DNA from: Macrostomum lignano
Taxonomy: Eukaryota
Direction: 5' to 3'
Assembly: GCA_002269645.1 (NCBI GenBank)
Contig: NIVC01000019.1
Span: 1,302,001-1,366,000 of the forward strand
DNA length: 64,000 nt
The position numbers were made by a program, and so were the translations under genes. Shown here piece by piece: positions 46,201 to 62,871 of the stretch (position 1 is the stretch's first letter; each line of letters starts with the position of its first letter). The notes under the pieces are model-generated. The model made no database searches, was not told where the DNA came from, and saw only the letters and a program-made list of their open reading frames with translations.

Positions 46201-49200
46201 CTGCCAGAAGTCCGCTTTAGTAGCGGAGAGCGGGCCTTGCGCTGCTATGAACTTCTTCGGGTGCTTGTAGCCCTGGAATCCAATTTGGTTGTGAGGGGCT
46301 CCATGAACACGTGCTGCCACAGTCGAATAACAAAATGATACTGTCGTTAATCTGGGACACCGGCTGAAAACATATTTGTCATTTATATTTGTAATGCACA
46401 TAATAATAATAATTGATTACACCTGTCGTAATGGGCAGATGTGCAACCGACAGCTCAGCCGCAGCTATTGCGCGGCGCATCTGAAGTCTGCTTACGGCTG
46501 TTCAGTCCAAGGACTCGGTGGTCGCCACACACCCTCAATTACCCCAGCTAATGCTGGCACCCATTCTACAGCTGGGTGAACTGAAGCAATGCAAAGTTAA
46601 AAGTCTTGCTCAAAGACACAAAATTTTTCCAAGTCGGTCGAGAATCGAACCCACGACGTATCAGTCGCGAGTCCGACACTCTAACAACTAGGCTGCGCTC
46701 GTACAACCCTCTCCGCTGCAATTGTGCGGTAATACACAACACGGGACAGACATTTGGAGGATAAGTTACCAACAGGGCAAACATGTTGGACCCTTTTAAT
46801 CTACCAGAAAGGAAGACCCAGACAAATCCAAGTTGACATCACATGCCAATGCTTGCACACACTGCATACACTGTAGCCAGTGCAAAGTCAAATTCTGATA
46901 TGTTTAATCAGCTCTTCACCGATTATTTCATTAATAAGTGAGCAGCCTCATAGCACGGGAGTCTTGGCAACGTCCTCAATACATCAGTGGCCCAGTTCCT
47001 GTTTAGAAGGGAAGAATCACGAGAGCGCGACTCTCCGCCTACGGCTATACTATAGTGTGAATGAGTTTCTCAACATATTATCGACGCCTCACAACTCAAA
47101 CCCGAGTGTGTTGCTCCTAAGATCAAAACCAAAATCGCGCGCCTTTCTTCTGAAACATAATAGAGTCCGTCCGTTTAGTGACTATAATTATAACCGACTC
47201 ACTCTTTGAAGATTTTTCAGTAATTACTTGATCTGATTAACGACTTAAAGCAGGACACTATCACACAAAGCCAAGTGTGTAGTACAAAAGCATTGGAATC
47301 CGTGATGCTCACGTCTATCCAGCTCGCGTTGATATACGGCTCGTTGCCATGACTACACGCGGCTGCGTTGTTGCCTGGGTCGGCGGCGGGTTGGTCCAAA
47401 TACTGATCCAAATGGACAATGTTGCGCTCGTCTGCAAGACGGTCGTCAGAAAAAAATAGGCTTTGAAAAACGATTCTCGTGTCAGTTTGCTTGGGACGAT
47501 TTGGGATTTTGGGATAATATATGGGAAGCTAGCTCGTATTTTCGGAATTTCCCCGGACAAATTTTGTCGCAACTCACAGGGCAGCACCCGTTCCGTGAGG
47601 TTCTTGGCTCGATTGCAGCCGCGCTTGGCAGCCGAAGCGATCTTGTGCTTGCCTTCGGTGCGGATTTTCGTCTGAATTTCAGGTGGGAATGCGACACTGG
47701 CGGAGGGGCTCTTTGTGACAGAAATATCCCACTGATCCCAGTGATTCTTCTAAGCTGCACTCTTCTAACAAAGCAGCGATGCTTTTTACCTGCTGCTTTG
47801 AGGCTCGAATTTCAAAAAAAATAGATTCACGTTGTAAAGAAGTCCGAGACACGGGTAATATTCCCACAGATTTATTTTTGCCGAATCAAATGGGCTCAAA
47901 TTGGACTCACCGACTGCTTGTCGCCAACTGAGATGAGCTCGATGGCCTGAAAAAACTTTGACTGCTTTTTAAAAATGAAAAGTCGCTCGTGCTCTACCCC
48001 TCACAGCTTCAGTCACCTGCAGCATCTCCCCTCACAGCTTCAGTCACCTGCAGCATCTCCTCTAACAGCTTCAGTCACCTGCAGCATCTCCTCACAGCTT
48101 CAGTCACCTGCAGCATCTCCTCACAGCTTCAGTCACCTGCAGCATCTCCCCTCACAGCTTCAGTCACCTGCAGCATCTCCCCTCACAGCTTCAGTCACCT
48201 GCAGCATCTCCTCTAACAGCTTCAGTCACCTGCAGCATCTCCTCTCACAGCTTCAGTCACCTGCAGCATCTCCTCACAGCTTCAGTCACCTGCAGCATCT
48301 CCCCTCACAGCTTCAGTCACCTGCAGCATCTCCCCTCACAGCTTCAGTCACCTGCAGCATCTCCTCTCACAGCTTCAGTCACCTGCAGCATCTCCTCTCA
48401 CAGCTTCAGTCACCTGCAGCATCTCCTCTCACAGCTTCAGTCACCTGCAGCATCTCCTCTCACAGCTTCAGTCACCTGCAGCATCTCCTCTCACAGCTTC
48501 AGTCACCTGCAGCATCTCCCCTCACAGCTTCAGTCACCTGCAGCATCTCCTCTCACAGCTTCAGTCACCTGCAGCATCTCCTCTCACAGCTTCAGTCACC
48601 TGCAGCATCTCCTCACAGCTTCAGTCACCTGCAGCATCTCCTCTCACAGCTTCAGTCACCTGCAGCATCTCCTCTCACAGCTTCAGTCACCTGCAGCATC
48701 TCCTCTAACAGCTTCAGTCACCTGCAGCATCTCCTCTCACAGCTTCAGTCACCTGCAGCATCTCCTCTCACAGCTTCAGTCACCTGCAGCATCTCCTCAC
48801 AGCTTCAGTCACCTGCAGCATCTCCCCTCACAGCTTCAGTCACCTGCAGCATCTCCCCTCACAGCTTCAGTCACCTGCAGCATCTCCTCTCACAGCTTCA
48901 GTCACCTGCAGCATCTCCTCTAACAGCTTCAGTCACCTGCAGCATCTCCCCTCACAGCTTCAGTCACCTGCAGCATCTTCCCTCACAGCTTCAGTCACCT
49001 GCAGCATCTCCCCTCACAGCTTCAGTCACCTGCAGCATCTCCTCTCACAGCTTCAGTCACCTGCAGCATCTCTTCTCACAGCTTCAGTCACCTGCAGCAT
49101 CTCCTCTCACAGCTTCAGTCACCTGCAGCATCTCCTCTCAAAGCTTCAGTCACCTGCAGCATCTCCCCTCACAGCTTCAGTCACCTGCAGCATCTCCTCA

Positions 49201-49419
49201 CAGCTTCAAACCCCAATGGTGCAGCAGCTCCTTATTCAAGAACAGTTCAGAGCTACCTTGAACTCGTACTGCAACTCCTTAGCTTTGCACCGTCTGCGAA
49301 ATTCGTTTACAAACTGCTCGATCGCGATCGGATCCTGGCTGACGCGGTTCAGCCGGCGCTCTTCTTCAACAAGAAGCTTTCTCTTGTGAATTATGCTGCA
49401 CAACTTCCACACGAACATG
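37237..49419 (-). CDS. Receptor-type protein tyrosine phosphatase with tandem D1+D2 domains, probable double pseudophosphatase; TM/ectodomain exons further upstream
   Basis: Phase-consistent exons: ~49419 (or 49395)-49257, 47946-47911, 47671-47578 ([12 protein letters not shown]), 47431-47313 (YINASWID), 46272-46138 ([15 protein letters not shown]), 45209-45093 (CDKYW), 45014-44860 ([15 protein letters not shown]), 44015-43706 ([14 protein letters not shown]), 43198-43072, 42440-42364 (DFINAVYID), 42281-42147 (YIVTQWP..DFWKLV), 41417-41292 (FWP), 41159 (alternative acceptor possible)-40897 (WPAG..PILVVS), 38560-38425 (NGVSRCG), 37578-37237 (EYELCF, stop). Confidence 0.92.
37712..38360. repeat. 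39-bp minisatellite (AATGTACGCACGCTCCGAACCCAGTCAAACCAATTCTTC)n
   Basis: About 16 units in the last PTP intron. Confidence 0.95.
39214..40430 (+). pseudogene. Disrupted secreted PAN/Apple + LamG (concanavalin-like) gene nested antisense in a PTP intron
   Basis: Signal-peptide-like [17 protein letters not shown] is out of frame with [13 protein letters not shown] (PAN-like). In-frame TAA at 39551-39553 inside [23 protein letters not shown]; GTAAGC donor at 39766. 3' segment [38 protein letters not shown] ends at TGA 40428-40430. Confidence 0.55.
40578..40680. repeat. 15-bp repeat (TGTGACGTTGTCCCC)n
   Basis: About 7 degenerate units. Confidence 0.75.
41515..41862 (+). mobile_element. tRNA-derived SINE-like element, family 2
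   Basis: Head GGGGCGTAGCCGAGTGG (A-box) .. GGCTCGCTTCC (B-box-like); body matches 17500-17822. Confidence 0.72.
44102..44345 (-). mobile_element. CORE-like SINE family 1, 5'-shortened copy
   Basis: Matches 46400-46698; (ATT)n tail. Confidence 0.8.
45176..45363. repeat. 61-bp triplication spanning a PTP splice acceptor
   Basis: ACATTGTGCC at 45181, 45242 and 45303; CGTGG microhomology at all four borders. Confidence 0.93.
46400..46698 (-). mobile_element. CORE-like SINE family 1, full-length copy
   Basis: Minus-strand head GCGCAGCCTAGTTGTTAGAG..GGGTTCGATTCTCG, CORE-like body, (ATT)n tail. Confidence 0.82.
47995..49207. repeat. 31/29-bp minisatellite (CACAGCTTCAGTCACCTGCAGCATCTCCTCT)n
   Basis: About 39 units filling most of PTP intron 47947-49256. 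Confidence 0.96.
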
Positions 49420-49844
49420 CTCGGGGTCGAAAGGAAGAATGTACAATGCAGACTAAAAGACCCGCCTGCTCAGAAGCGGATTTACTCAAGAGGCCTGCTC
49501 TCTTCTATAGCCTGTCTCGCGCAGCAACAACTCTCGGATCTTATTGGACAGCGAATTGACTTTGACTGACGCACTAAAACTGCAGATGCAGTCACGTCGA
49601 TGGACCATCTTGAGCGGTACAGTCTGCCGTTCTAATGAGTCTGAGACTCAAGGTGTCTCATCGACTTTTGCCTGCCTTCTGACATTGGAAATGCGAGAAG
49701 CGCGATATGGTTCACACACGGATTAAGACAAAAATTGAGTTCATCATCCTTATGTTCATGCAGAAGTTAAATAGATATAAATATTAAATTAATAAAATTT
49801 ATTTGAGAACGCAATCAATTGCGTTCTCTAATAGAATTGACGAT

Positions 49845-52800
49845 CAGTGCCATTCGACTGTCAGTGACATTTGCAGACTACCAGTGACAGTTGACTGTCA
49901 GTGACATTTGACTGCCTGTGAGAATTGACAATCGGTGACATTTGACTGCCTGTGAGAATTGACAATCAGTGACATTTGATTGCCTGTGAGAATTGACAAT
50001 CAGTGACATTTGATTGCCAGTGAGAATTGACAATCAGTGACATTCGACTGTCAGTGACATTTGCAGACTACCAGTGACAGTTGACTGTCAGTGACATTTG
50101 ACTGCCTGTGAGAATTGACAATCGGTGACATTTGATTGCCTGTGAGAATTGACAATCAGTGACATTTGACTGCCTGTGAGAATTGACAATCAGTGACATT
50201 TGACTGCCTGTGAGAATTGACAATCAGTGACATTTGATTGCCTGTGAGAATTTACAATCAGTGACATTTGATTGCCTGTGAGAATTGACAATCAGTGACA
50301 TTCGACTGTCAGTGACATTTGACTGCCTGTGAGAATTGACAATCAGTGACATTTGACTGCCTGTGAGAATTGACAATCGGTGACATTTGATTGCCTGTGA
50401 GAATTGACAATCAGTGACATTTGACTGCCTGTGAGAATTGACAATCAGTGACATTTGACTGCCTGTGAGAATTGACAATCAGTGACATTTGATTGCCTGT
50501 GAGAATTTACAATCAGTGACATTTGATTGCCTGTGAGAATTGACAATCAGTGACATTCGACTGTCAGTGACATTTGACTGCCTGTGAGAATTGACAATCA
50601 GTGACATTTGACTGCCTGTGAGAATTGACAATCAGTGAAATTCGACTGTCAGTGACATTTGACTGCCTGTGAGAATTGAAAATCAGTGACATTTGATTAC
50701 CTGTGAGAATTGACAATCGGTGACATTTGATTGCCTGTGAGAATTGACAATCAGTGACATTTGACTGCCTGTGAGAATTGACAATCAGTGACATTCGACT
50801 GTCAGTGACATTTGACTGCCTGTGAGAATTGACAATCAATGACATTTGATTGCCTGTGAGAATTGACAATCAGTGACATTTGACTGCCTGTGAGAATTGA
50901 CAATCAGTGACATTTGACTGCCTGTGAGAATTGACAATCAGTGACATTTGACTGTCAGTGACATTTGACTGCCTGTGAGAATTGACAATCGGTGACATTT
51001 GATTGCCTGTGAGAATTGACAATCGGTGACATTTGACTGCCTGTGAGAATTGACAATCAGTGACATTTGATTGCCTGTGAGAATTTACAATCAGTGACAT
51101 TTGATTGCCTGTGAGAATTGACAATCAGTGACATTCGACTGTCAGTGACATTTGACTGCCTGTGAGAATTGACAATCAGTGACATTTGACTGCCTGTGAG
51201 AATTGACAATCAGTGACATTTGACTGTCAGTGACATTTGACTGCCTGTGAGAATTGACAATCAGTGACATTTGACTGCCTGTGAGAATTGACAATCGGTG
51301 ACATTTGACTGCCTGTGAGAATTGACAATCAGTGACATTTGATTGCCTGTGAGAATTTACAATCAGTGACATTTGATTGCCTGTGAGAATTGACAATCAG
51401 TGACATTCGACTGTCAGTGACATTTGACTGCCTGTGAGAATTGACAATCAGTGACATTTGACTGCCTGTGAGAATTGACAATCAGTGACATTCGACTGTC
51501 AGTGACATTTGACTGCCTGTGAGAATTGAAAATCAGTGACATTTGATTGCCTGTGAGAATTGACAATCAGTGACATTCGACTGTCAGTGACATTTGACTG
51601 CCTGTGAGAATTGACAATCAATGACATTTGATTGCCTGTGAGAATTGACAATCAGTGACATTTGACTGCCTGTGAGAATTGACAATCAGTGACATTTGAC
51701 TGCCTGTGAGAATTGACAATCAGTGACATTTGATTGCCTGTGAGAATTGACAATCAGCGACATTCGACTGTCAGTGACATTCGACTGTCAGTGACATTTG
51801 ACTGCCTGTGAGAATTGACAATCGGTGACATTTGACTGCCTGTGAGAATTGACAATCGGTGACATTTGATTGCCTGTGAGAATTGACAATCAGTGACATT
51901 TGACTGCCTGTGAGAATTGACAATCAGTGACATTCGACTGTCAGTGACATTTGACTGCCTGTGAGAATTGACAATCAATGACATTTGACTGCCTGTGAGA
52001 ATTGACAATCAGTGACATTTGATTGCCTGTGAGAATTTACAATCAGTGACATTTGATTGCCTGTGAGAATTGACAATCAGTGACATTCGACTGTCAGTGA
52101 CATTTGACTGCCTGTGAGAATTGACAATCAGTGACATTCGACTGTCAGTGACATTTGACTGCCTGTGAGAATTGACAATCAGTGACATTTGATTGCCTGT
52201 GAGAATTGACAATCGGTGACATTTGATTGCCTGTGAGAATTGAATATCGGTGACATTTGATTGCCTGTGAGAATTGACAATCAGTGACATTTGACTGCCT
52301 GTGAGAATTGACAATCAGTGACATTTGATTGCCTGTGAGAATTGACAATCAGTGACATTTGACTGCCTGTGAGAATTGACAATCAGTGACATTTGACTGC
52401 CTGTGAGAATTGACAATCGGTGACATTTGACTGCCTGTGAGAATTGACAATCAGTGACATTTGATTGCCTGTGAGAATTTACAATCAGTGACATTTGATT
52501 GCCTGTGAGAATTGACAATCAGTGACATTCGACTGTCAGTGACATTTGACTGCCTGTGAGAATTGACAATCAGTGACATTTGACTGCCTGTGAGAATTGA
52601 CAATCAGTGAAATTCGACTGTCAGTGACATTTGACTGCCTGTGAGAATTGAAAATCAGTGACATTTGATTACCTGTGAGAATTGACAATCGGTGACATTT
52701 GATTGCCTGTGAGAATTGACAATCAGTGACATTTGACTGCCTGTGAGAATTGACAATCAGTGACATTCGACTGTCAGTGACATTTGACTGCCTGTGAGAA

Positions 52801-55800
52801 TTGACAATCAATGACATTTGATTGCCTGTGAGAATTGACAATCAGTGACATTTGACTGCCTGTGAGAATTGACAATCAGTGACATTTGACTGCCTGTGAG
52901 AATTGACAATCAGTGACATTTGACTGTCAGTGACATTTGACTGCCTGTGAGAATTGACAATCGGTGACATTTGATTGCCTGTGAGAATTGACAATCGGTG
53001 ACATTTGATTGCCTGTGAGAATTTACAATCAGTGACATTTGATTGCCTGTGAGAATTGACAATCAGTGACATTCGACTGTCAGTGACATTTGACTGCCTG
53101 TGAGAATTGACAATCAGTGACATTTGACTGCCTGTGAGAATTGACAATCAGTGACATTCGACTGTCAGTGACATTTGACTGCCTGTGAGAATTGACAATC
53201 AGTGACATTTGACTGCCTGTGAGAATTGACAATCGGTGACATTTGACTGCCTGTGAGAATTGACAATCAGTGACATTTGATTGCCTGTGAGAATTTACAA
53301 TCAGTGACATTTGATTGCCTGTGAGAATTGACAATCAGTGACATTCGACTGTCAGTGACATTTGACTGCCTGTGAGAATTGACAATCAGTGACATTTGAC
53401 TGCCTGTGAGAATTGACAATCAGTGACATTCGACTGTCAGTGACATTTGACTGCCTGTGAGAATTGACAATCAGTGACATTTGACTGCCTGTGAGAATTG
53501 ACAATCGGTGACATTTGACTGCCTGTGAGAATTGACAATCAGTGACATTCGACTGTCAGTGACATTTGACTGCCTGTGAGAATTGACAATCAATGACATT
53601 TGATTGCCTGTGAGAATTGACAATCAGTGACATTTGACTGCCTGTGAGAATTGAAAATCAGTGACATTTGATTGCCTGTGAGAATTGACAATCAGTGACA
53701 TTCGACTGTCAGTGACATTTGACTGCCTGTGAGAATTGACAATCAATGACATTTGACTGCCTGTGAGAATTGACAATCAGTGACATTTGACTGCCTGTGA
53801 GAATTGACAATCAGTGACATTCGACTGTCAGTGACATTTGACTGCCTGTGAGAATTGACAATCAGTGACATTTGACTGCCTGTGAGAATTGACAATCGGT
53901 GACATTTGACTGCCTGTGAGAATTGACAATCAGTGACATTCGACTGTCAGTGACATTTGACTGCCTGTGAGAATTGACAATCAATGACATTTGATTGCCT
54001 GTGAGAATTGACAATCAGTGACATTTGATTGCCTGTGAGAATTGACAATCAGTGACAATTGACTGTCAGTGACATTTGACTGCCTGTGAGAATTGACAAT
54101 CAATGACATTTGACTGCCTGTGAGAATTGAATATCGGTGACATTTGATTGCCTGTGAGAATTGACAATCAGTGACATTTGACTGCCTGTGAGAATTGACA
54201 ATCAGTGACATTTGATTGCCTGTGAGAATTGACAATCAGTGACATTTGACTGCCTGTGAGAATTGACAATCAGTGACATTTGACTGCCTGTGAGAATTGA
54301 CAATCGGTGACATTTGACTGCCTGTGAGAATTGACAATCAGTGACATTTGATTGCCTGTGAGAATTTACAATCAGTGACATTTGATTGCCTGTGAGAATT
54401 GACAATCAGTGACATTCGACTGTCAGTGACATTTGACTGCCTGTGAGAATTGACAATCAGTGACATTTGACTGCCTGTGAGAATTGACAATCAGTGAAAT
54501 TCGACTGTCAGTGACATTTGACTGCCTGTGAGAATTGAAAATCGGTGACATTTGATTACCTGTGAGAATTGACAATCGGTGACATTTGATTGCCTGTGAG
54601 AATTGACAATCAGTGACATTTGACTGCCTGTGAGAATTGACAATCAGTGACATTCGACTGTCAGTGACATTTGACTGCCTGTGAGAATTGACAATCAATG
54701 ACATTTGATTGCCTGTGAGAATTGACAATCAGTGACATTTGACTGCCTGTGAGAATTGACAATCAGTGACATTTGACTGCCTGTGAGAATTGACAATCAG
54801 TGACATTTGACTGTCAGTGACATTTGACTGCCTGTGAGAATTGACAATCGGTGACATTTGATTGCCTGTGAGAATTGACAATCGGTGACATTTGACTGCC
54901 TGTGAGAATTGACAATCAGTGACATTTGATTGCCTGTGAGAATTTACAATCAGTGACATTTGATTGCCTGTGAGAATTGACAATCAGTGACATTCGACTG
55001 TCAGTGACATTTGACTGCCTGTGAGAATTGACAATCAGTGGCATTTGACTGCCTGTGAGAATTGACAATCAGTGACATTCGACTGTCAGTGACATTTGAC
55101 TGCCTGTGAGAATTGACAATCAGTGACATTTGACTGCCTGTGAGAATTGACAATCGGTGACATTTGACTGCCTGTGAGAATTGACAATCAGTGACATTTG
55201 ATTGCCTGTGAGAATTTACAATCAGTGACATTTGATTGCCTGTGAGAATTGACAATCAGTGACATTCGACTGTCAGTGACATTTGACTGCCTGTGAGAAT
55301 TGACAATCAGTGACATTTGACTGCCTGTGAGAATTGACAATCAGTGACATTCGACTGTCAGTGACATTTGACTGCCTGTGAGAATTGACAATCAGTGACA
55401 TTTGACTGCCTGTGAGAATTGACAGTCGGTGACATTTGACTGCCTGTGAGAATTGACAATCAGTGACATTCGACTGTCAGTGACATTTGACTGCCTGTGA
55501 GAATTGACAATCAATGACATTTGATTGCCTGTGAGAATTGACAATCAGTGACATTTGACTGCCTGTGAGAATTGAAAATCAGTGACATTTGATTGCCTGT
55601 GAGAATTGACAATCAGTGACATTCGACTGTCAGTGACATTTGACTGCCTGTGAGAATTGACAATCAATGACATTTGACTGCCTGTGAGAATTGACAATCA
55701 GTGACATTTGACTGCCTGTGAGAATTGACAATCAGTGACATTCGACTGTCAGTGACATTTGACTGCCTGTGAGAATTGACAATCAGTGACATTTGACTGC

Positions 55801-58657
55801 CTGTGAGAATTGACAATCGGTGACATTTGACTGCCTGTGAGAATTGACAATCAGTGACATTCGACTGTCAGTGACATTTGACTGCCTGTGAGAATTGACA
55901 ATCAATGACATTTGATTGCCTGTGAGAATTGACAATCAGTGACATTTGACTGCCTGTGAGAATTGACAATCGGTGACATTTGATTGCCTGTGAGAATTGA
56001 CAATCAGTGACAATTGACTGTCAGTGACATTTGACTGCCTGTGAGAATTGACAATCAATGACATTTGACTGCCTGTGAGAATTGACAATCAGTGACATTT
56101 GATTGCCTGTGAGAATTGACAATCAGTGACATTTGATTGCCTGTGAGAATTGACAATCAGTGACATTCGACTGTCAGTGACATTTGACTGCCTGTGAGAA
56201 TTGACAATCAGTGACATTCGACTGTCAGTGACATTTGACTGCCTGTGAGAATTGACAATCAGTGACATTTGATTGCCTGTGAGAATTGACAATCGGTGAC
56301 ATTTGATTGCCTGTGAGAATTGACAATCGGTGACATTTGACTGCCTGTGAGAATTGACAATCGGTGACATTTGACTGCCTGTGAGAATTGACAATCAGTG
56401 ACATTTGATTGCCTGTGAGAATTTACAATCAGTGACATTTGATTGCCTGTGAGAATTGACAATCAGTGACATTCGACTGTCAGTGACATTTGACTGCCTG
56501 TGAGAATTGACAATCAGTGACATTTGACTGCCTGTGAGAATTGACAATCAGTGAAATTCGACTGTCAGTGACATTTGACTGCCTGTGAGAATTGAAAATC
56601 AGTGACATTTGATTACCTGTGAGAATTGACAATCGGTGACATTTGATTGCCTGTGAGAATTGACAATCAGTGACATTTGACTGCCTGTGAGAATTGACAA
56701 TCAGTGACATTCGACTGTCAGTGACATTTGACTGCCTGTGAGAATTGACAATCAATGACATTTGATTGCCTGTGAGAATTGACAATCAGTGACATTTGAC
56801 TGCCTGTGAGAATTGACAATCAGTGACATTTGACTGCCTGTGAGAATTGACAATCAGTGACATTTGACTGTCAGTGACATTTGACTGCCTGTGAGAATTG
56901 ACAATCAGTGACATTTGATTGCCTGTGAGAATTGACAATCGGTGACATTTGACTGCCTGTGAGAATTGACAATCAGTGACATTTGATTGCCTGTGAGAAT
57001 TTACAATCAGTGACATTTGATTGCCTGTGAGAATTGACAATCAGTGACATTCGACTGTCAGTGACATTTGACTGCCTGTGAGAATTGACAATCAGTGACA
57101 TTTGACTGCCTGTGAGAATTGACAATCAGTGACATTCGACTGTCAGTGACATTTGACTGCCTGTGAGAATTGACAATCAGTGACATTTGACTGCCTGTGA
57201 GAATTGACAATCGGTGACATTTGACTGCCTGTGAGAATTGACAATCAGTGACATTTGATTGCCTGTGAGAATTTACAATCAGTGACATTTGATTGCCTGT
57301 GAGAATTGACAATCAGTGACATTCGACTGTCAGTGACATTTGACTGCCTGTGAGAATTGACAATCAGTGACATTTGACTGCCTGTGAGAATTGACAATCA
57401 GTGACATTCGACTGTCAGTGACATTTGACTGCCTGTGAGAATTGAAAATCAGTGACATTTGATTACCTGTGAGAATTGACAATCGGTGACATTTGATTGC
57501 CTGTGAGAATTGACAATCAGTGACATTTGACTGCCTGTGAGAATTGACAATCAGTGACATTCGACTGTCAGTGACATTTGACTGCCTGTGAGAATTGACA
57601 ATCAATGACATTTGATTGCCTGTGAGAATTGACAATCAGTGACATTTGACTGCCTGTGAGAATTGACAATCAGTGACATTTGACTGCCTGTGAGAATTGA
57701 CAATCAATGACATTTGACTGCCTGTGAGAATTGACAATCGGTGACATTTGATTGCCTGTGAGAATTGACAATCGGTGACATTTGATTGCCTGTGAGAATT
57801 GACAATCAGTGACATTTGACTGTCAGTGACATTTGACTGCCTGTGAGAATTGACAATCAATGACATTTGATTGCCTGTGAGAATTGACAATCGGTGACAT
57901 TTGACTGCCTGTGAGAATTGACAATCAGTGACATTTGATTGCCTGTGAGAATTGACAATCAGTGACATTTGACTGCCTGTGAGAATTGACAATCAGTGAC
58001 ATTTGATTGCCTGTGAGAATTGACAATCAGTGACATTTGACTGCCTGTGAGAATTGACAATCAGTGACATTTGATTGCCTGTGAGAATTGACAATCAGTG
58101 ACATTTGATTGCCTGTGAGAATTGACAATCAGTGACATTCGACTGTCAGTGACATTTGACTGCCTGTGAGAATTGACAATCAGTGACATTCGACTGTCAG
58201 TGACATTTGACTGCCTGTGAGAATTGACAATCAGTGACATTTGATTGCCTGTGAGAATTGACAATCGGTGACATTTGATTGCCTGTGAGAATTGACAATC
58301 AGTGACATTTGATTGCCTGTGAGAATTGACAATCGGTGACATTTGATTGCCTGTGAGAATTGACAATCGGTGACATTTGATTGCCTGTGAGAATTGACAA
58401 TCAGTGACATTTGACTGCCTGTGAGAATTGACAATCAGTGACATTTGATTGCCTGTGAGAATTGACAATCAGTGACATTTGATTGCCTGTGAGAATTGAC
58501 AATCAGCGACATTCGACTGTCAGTGACATTCGACTGTCAGTGACATTTGACTGCCTGTGAGAATTGACAATCAGTGACATTTGACTGCCTGTGAGAATTG
58601 ACAATCAGTGACATTTGACTGCCTGTGAGAATTGACAATCAGTGACATTTGACTGTC
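49845..58657. repeat. 34/17-bp satellite (GTGACATTTGACTGCCTGTGAGAATTGACAATCA plus GTGACATTCGACTGTCA), left part, ~2-kb higher-order repeat
   Basis: About 8.8 kb; rare variant GTGAAATTCG at 50635, 52607, 54494 and 56551. Confidence 0.97.
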
Positions 58658-61532
<2,875 letters not shown>

Positions 61533-62415
61533 TGACATTTGACTGTCAGTGACATTTGACTGCCTGTGAGAATTGACAATCAATGACATTTGATTGCCTG
61601 TGAGAATTGACAATCGATGACATTTGATTGCCTGTGAGAATTGACAATCAGTGACATTTGACTGCCTGTGAGAATTGACAATCAGTGACATTCGACTGTC
61701 AGTGACATTTGACTGCCTGTGAGAATTGACAATCAATGACATTTGATTGCCTGTGAGAATTGACAATCAGTGACATTTGACTGCCTGTGAGAATTGACAA
61801 TCAGTGACATTTGATTGCCTGTGAGAATTGACAATCGGTGACATTTGATTGCCTGTGAGAATTGACAATCAGTGACATTCGACTGTCAGTGACATTTGAC
61901 TACCAGTGACATTTGACTGCCTGTGAGAATTGACAATCGGTGACATTTGACTGCCTGTGAGAATTGACAATCAGTGACATTTGACTGCCTGTGAGAATTG
62001 ACAATCAGTGACATTTGACTGCCTGTGAGAATTGACAATCAGTGACATTTGACTGCCTGTGAGAATTGACAATCAGTGACATTTGATTGCCTGTGAGAAT
62101 TGACAATCGGTGACATTTGATTGCCTGTGAGAATTGACAATCAGTGACATTTGACTGCCTGTGAGAATTGACAATCAGTGACATTTGACTGCCTGTGAGA
62201 ATTGACAATCAGTGACATTTGACTGCCTGTGAGAATTGACAATCAGTGACATTTGACTGCCTGTGAGAATTGACAATCAGTGACATTTGACTGCCTGTGA
62301 GAATTGACAATCAGTGACATTTGACTGCCTGTGAGAATTGACAATCAGTGACATTTGACTGCCTGTGAGAATTGACAATCAGCGACATTTGACTGTCAGT
62401 GACATCTGACTGCCC
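61533..62415. repeat. 34/17-bp satellite, right part
   Basis: Same unit resumes after the LINE. Confidence 0.96.
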
Positions 62416-62871
62416 TGCCTCTGTAGCTCCATGTACCTGCACAGTGCAGTGGTGTTGGAACTCACTGAGCCATTTATCAACGTACTTGTATATCAATGCT
62501 GAGTCAATGAAAATCACATCAGCGCTTTTGCAGTTCTGCTCTGCCTAAGGGGATAAGGTACAGGTCTATAGATTGGCACGAATTTCTGGCTACATCGGAT
62601 TGCAAACAGAGAACTCAGAATCAGACTAAAAATATCCCACAAATGAATACAACACTGTAACAGCACAGCTGCCCCGGGGGACAAGCAAGGTGCCATTGCA
62701 TTCTCGAACAAATTTGATTATGCCCAAGATTAACTAGACCAATCGGATGTCAAGGGGACTTGTCACTTACGCTCTATATTGCTACTTGTGACACTCTTAT
62801 CAGTAGTACGATACGATGAATCCGGTTTTTAACTTTAGGCAAACAAAATATTCATATCCCTAGACATTACA

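Noticed and set aside
46630-46698. tRNA gene-like sequences, also at 31966 and 41515
   Set aside because: They are SINE heads followed by shared non-tRNA bodies; no full cloverleaf.
47975-49261. 428-aa Ser-rich ORF and the many satellite ORFs at 50224-62208
   Set aside because: They are translations of tandem repeats.
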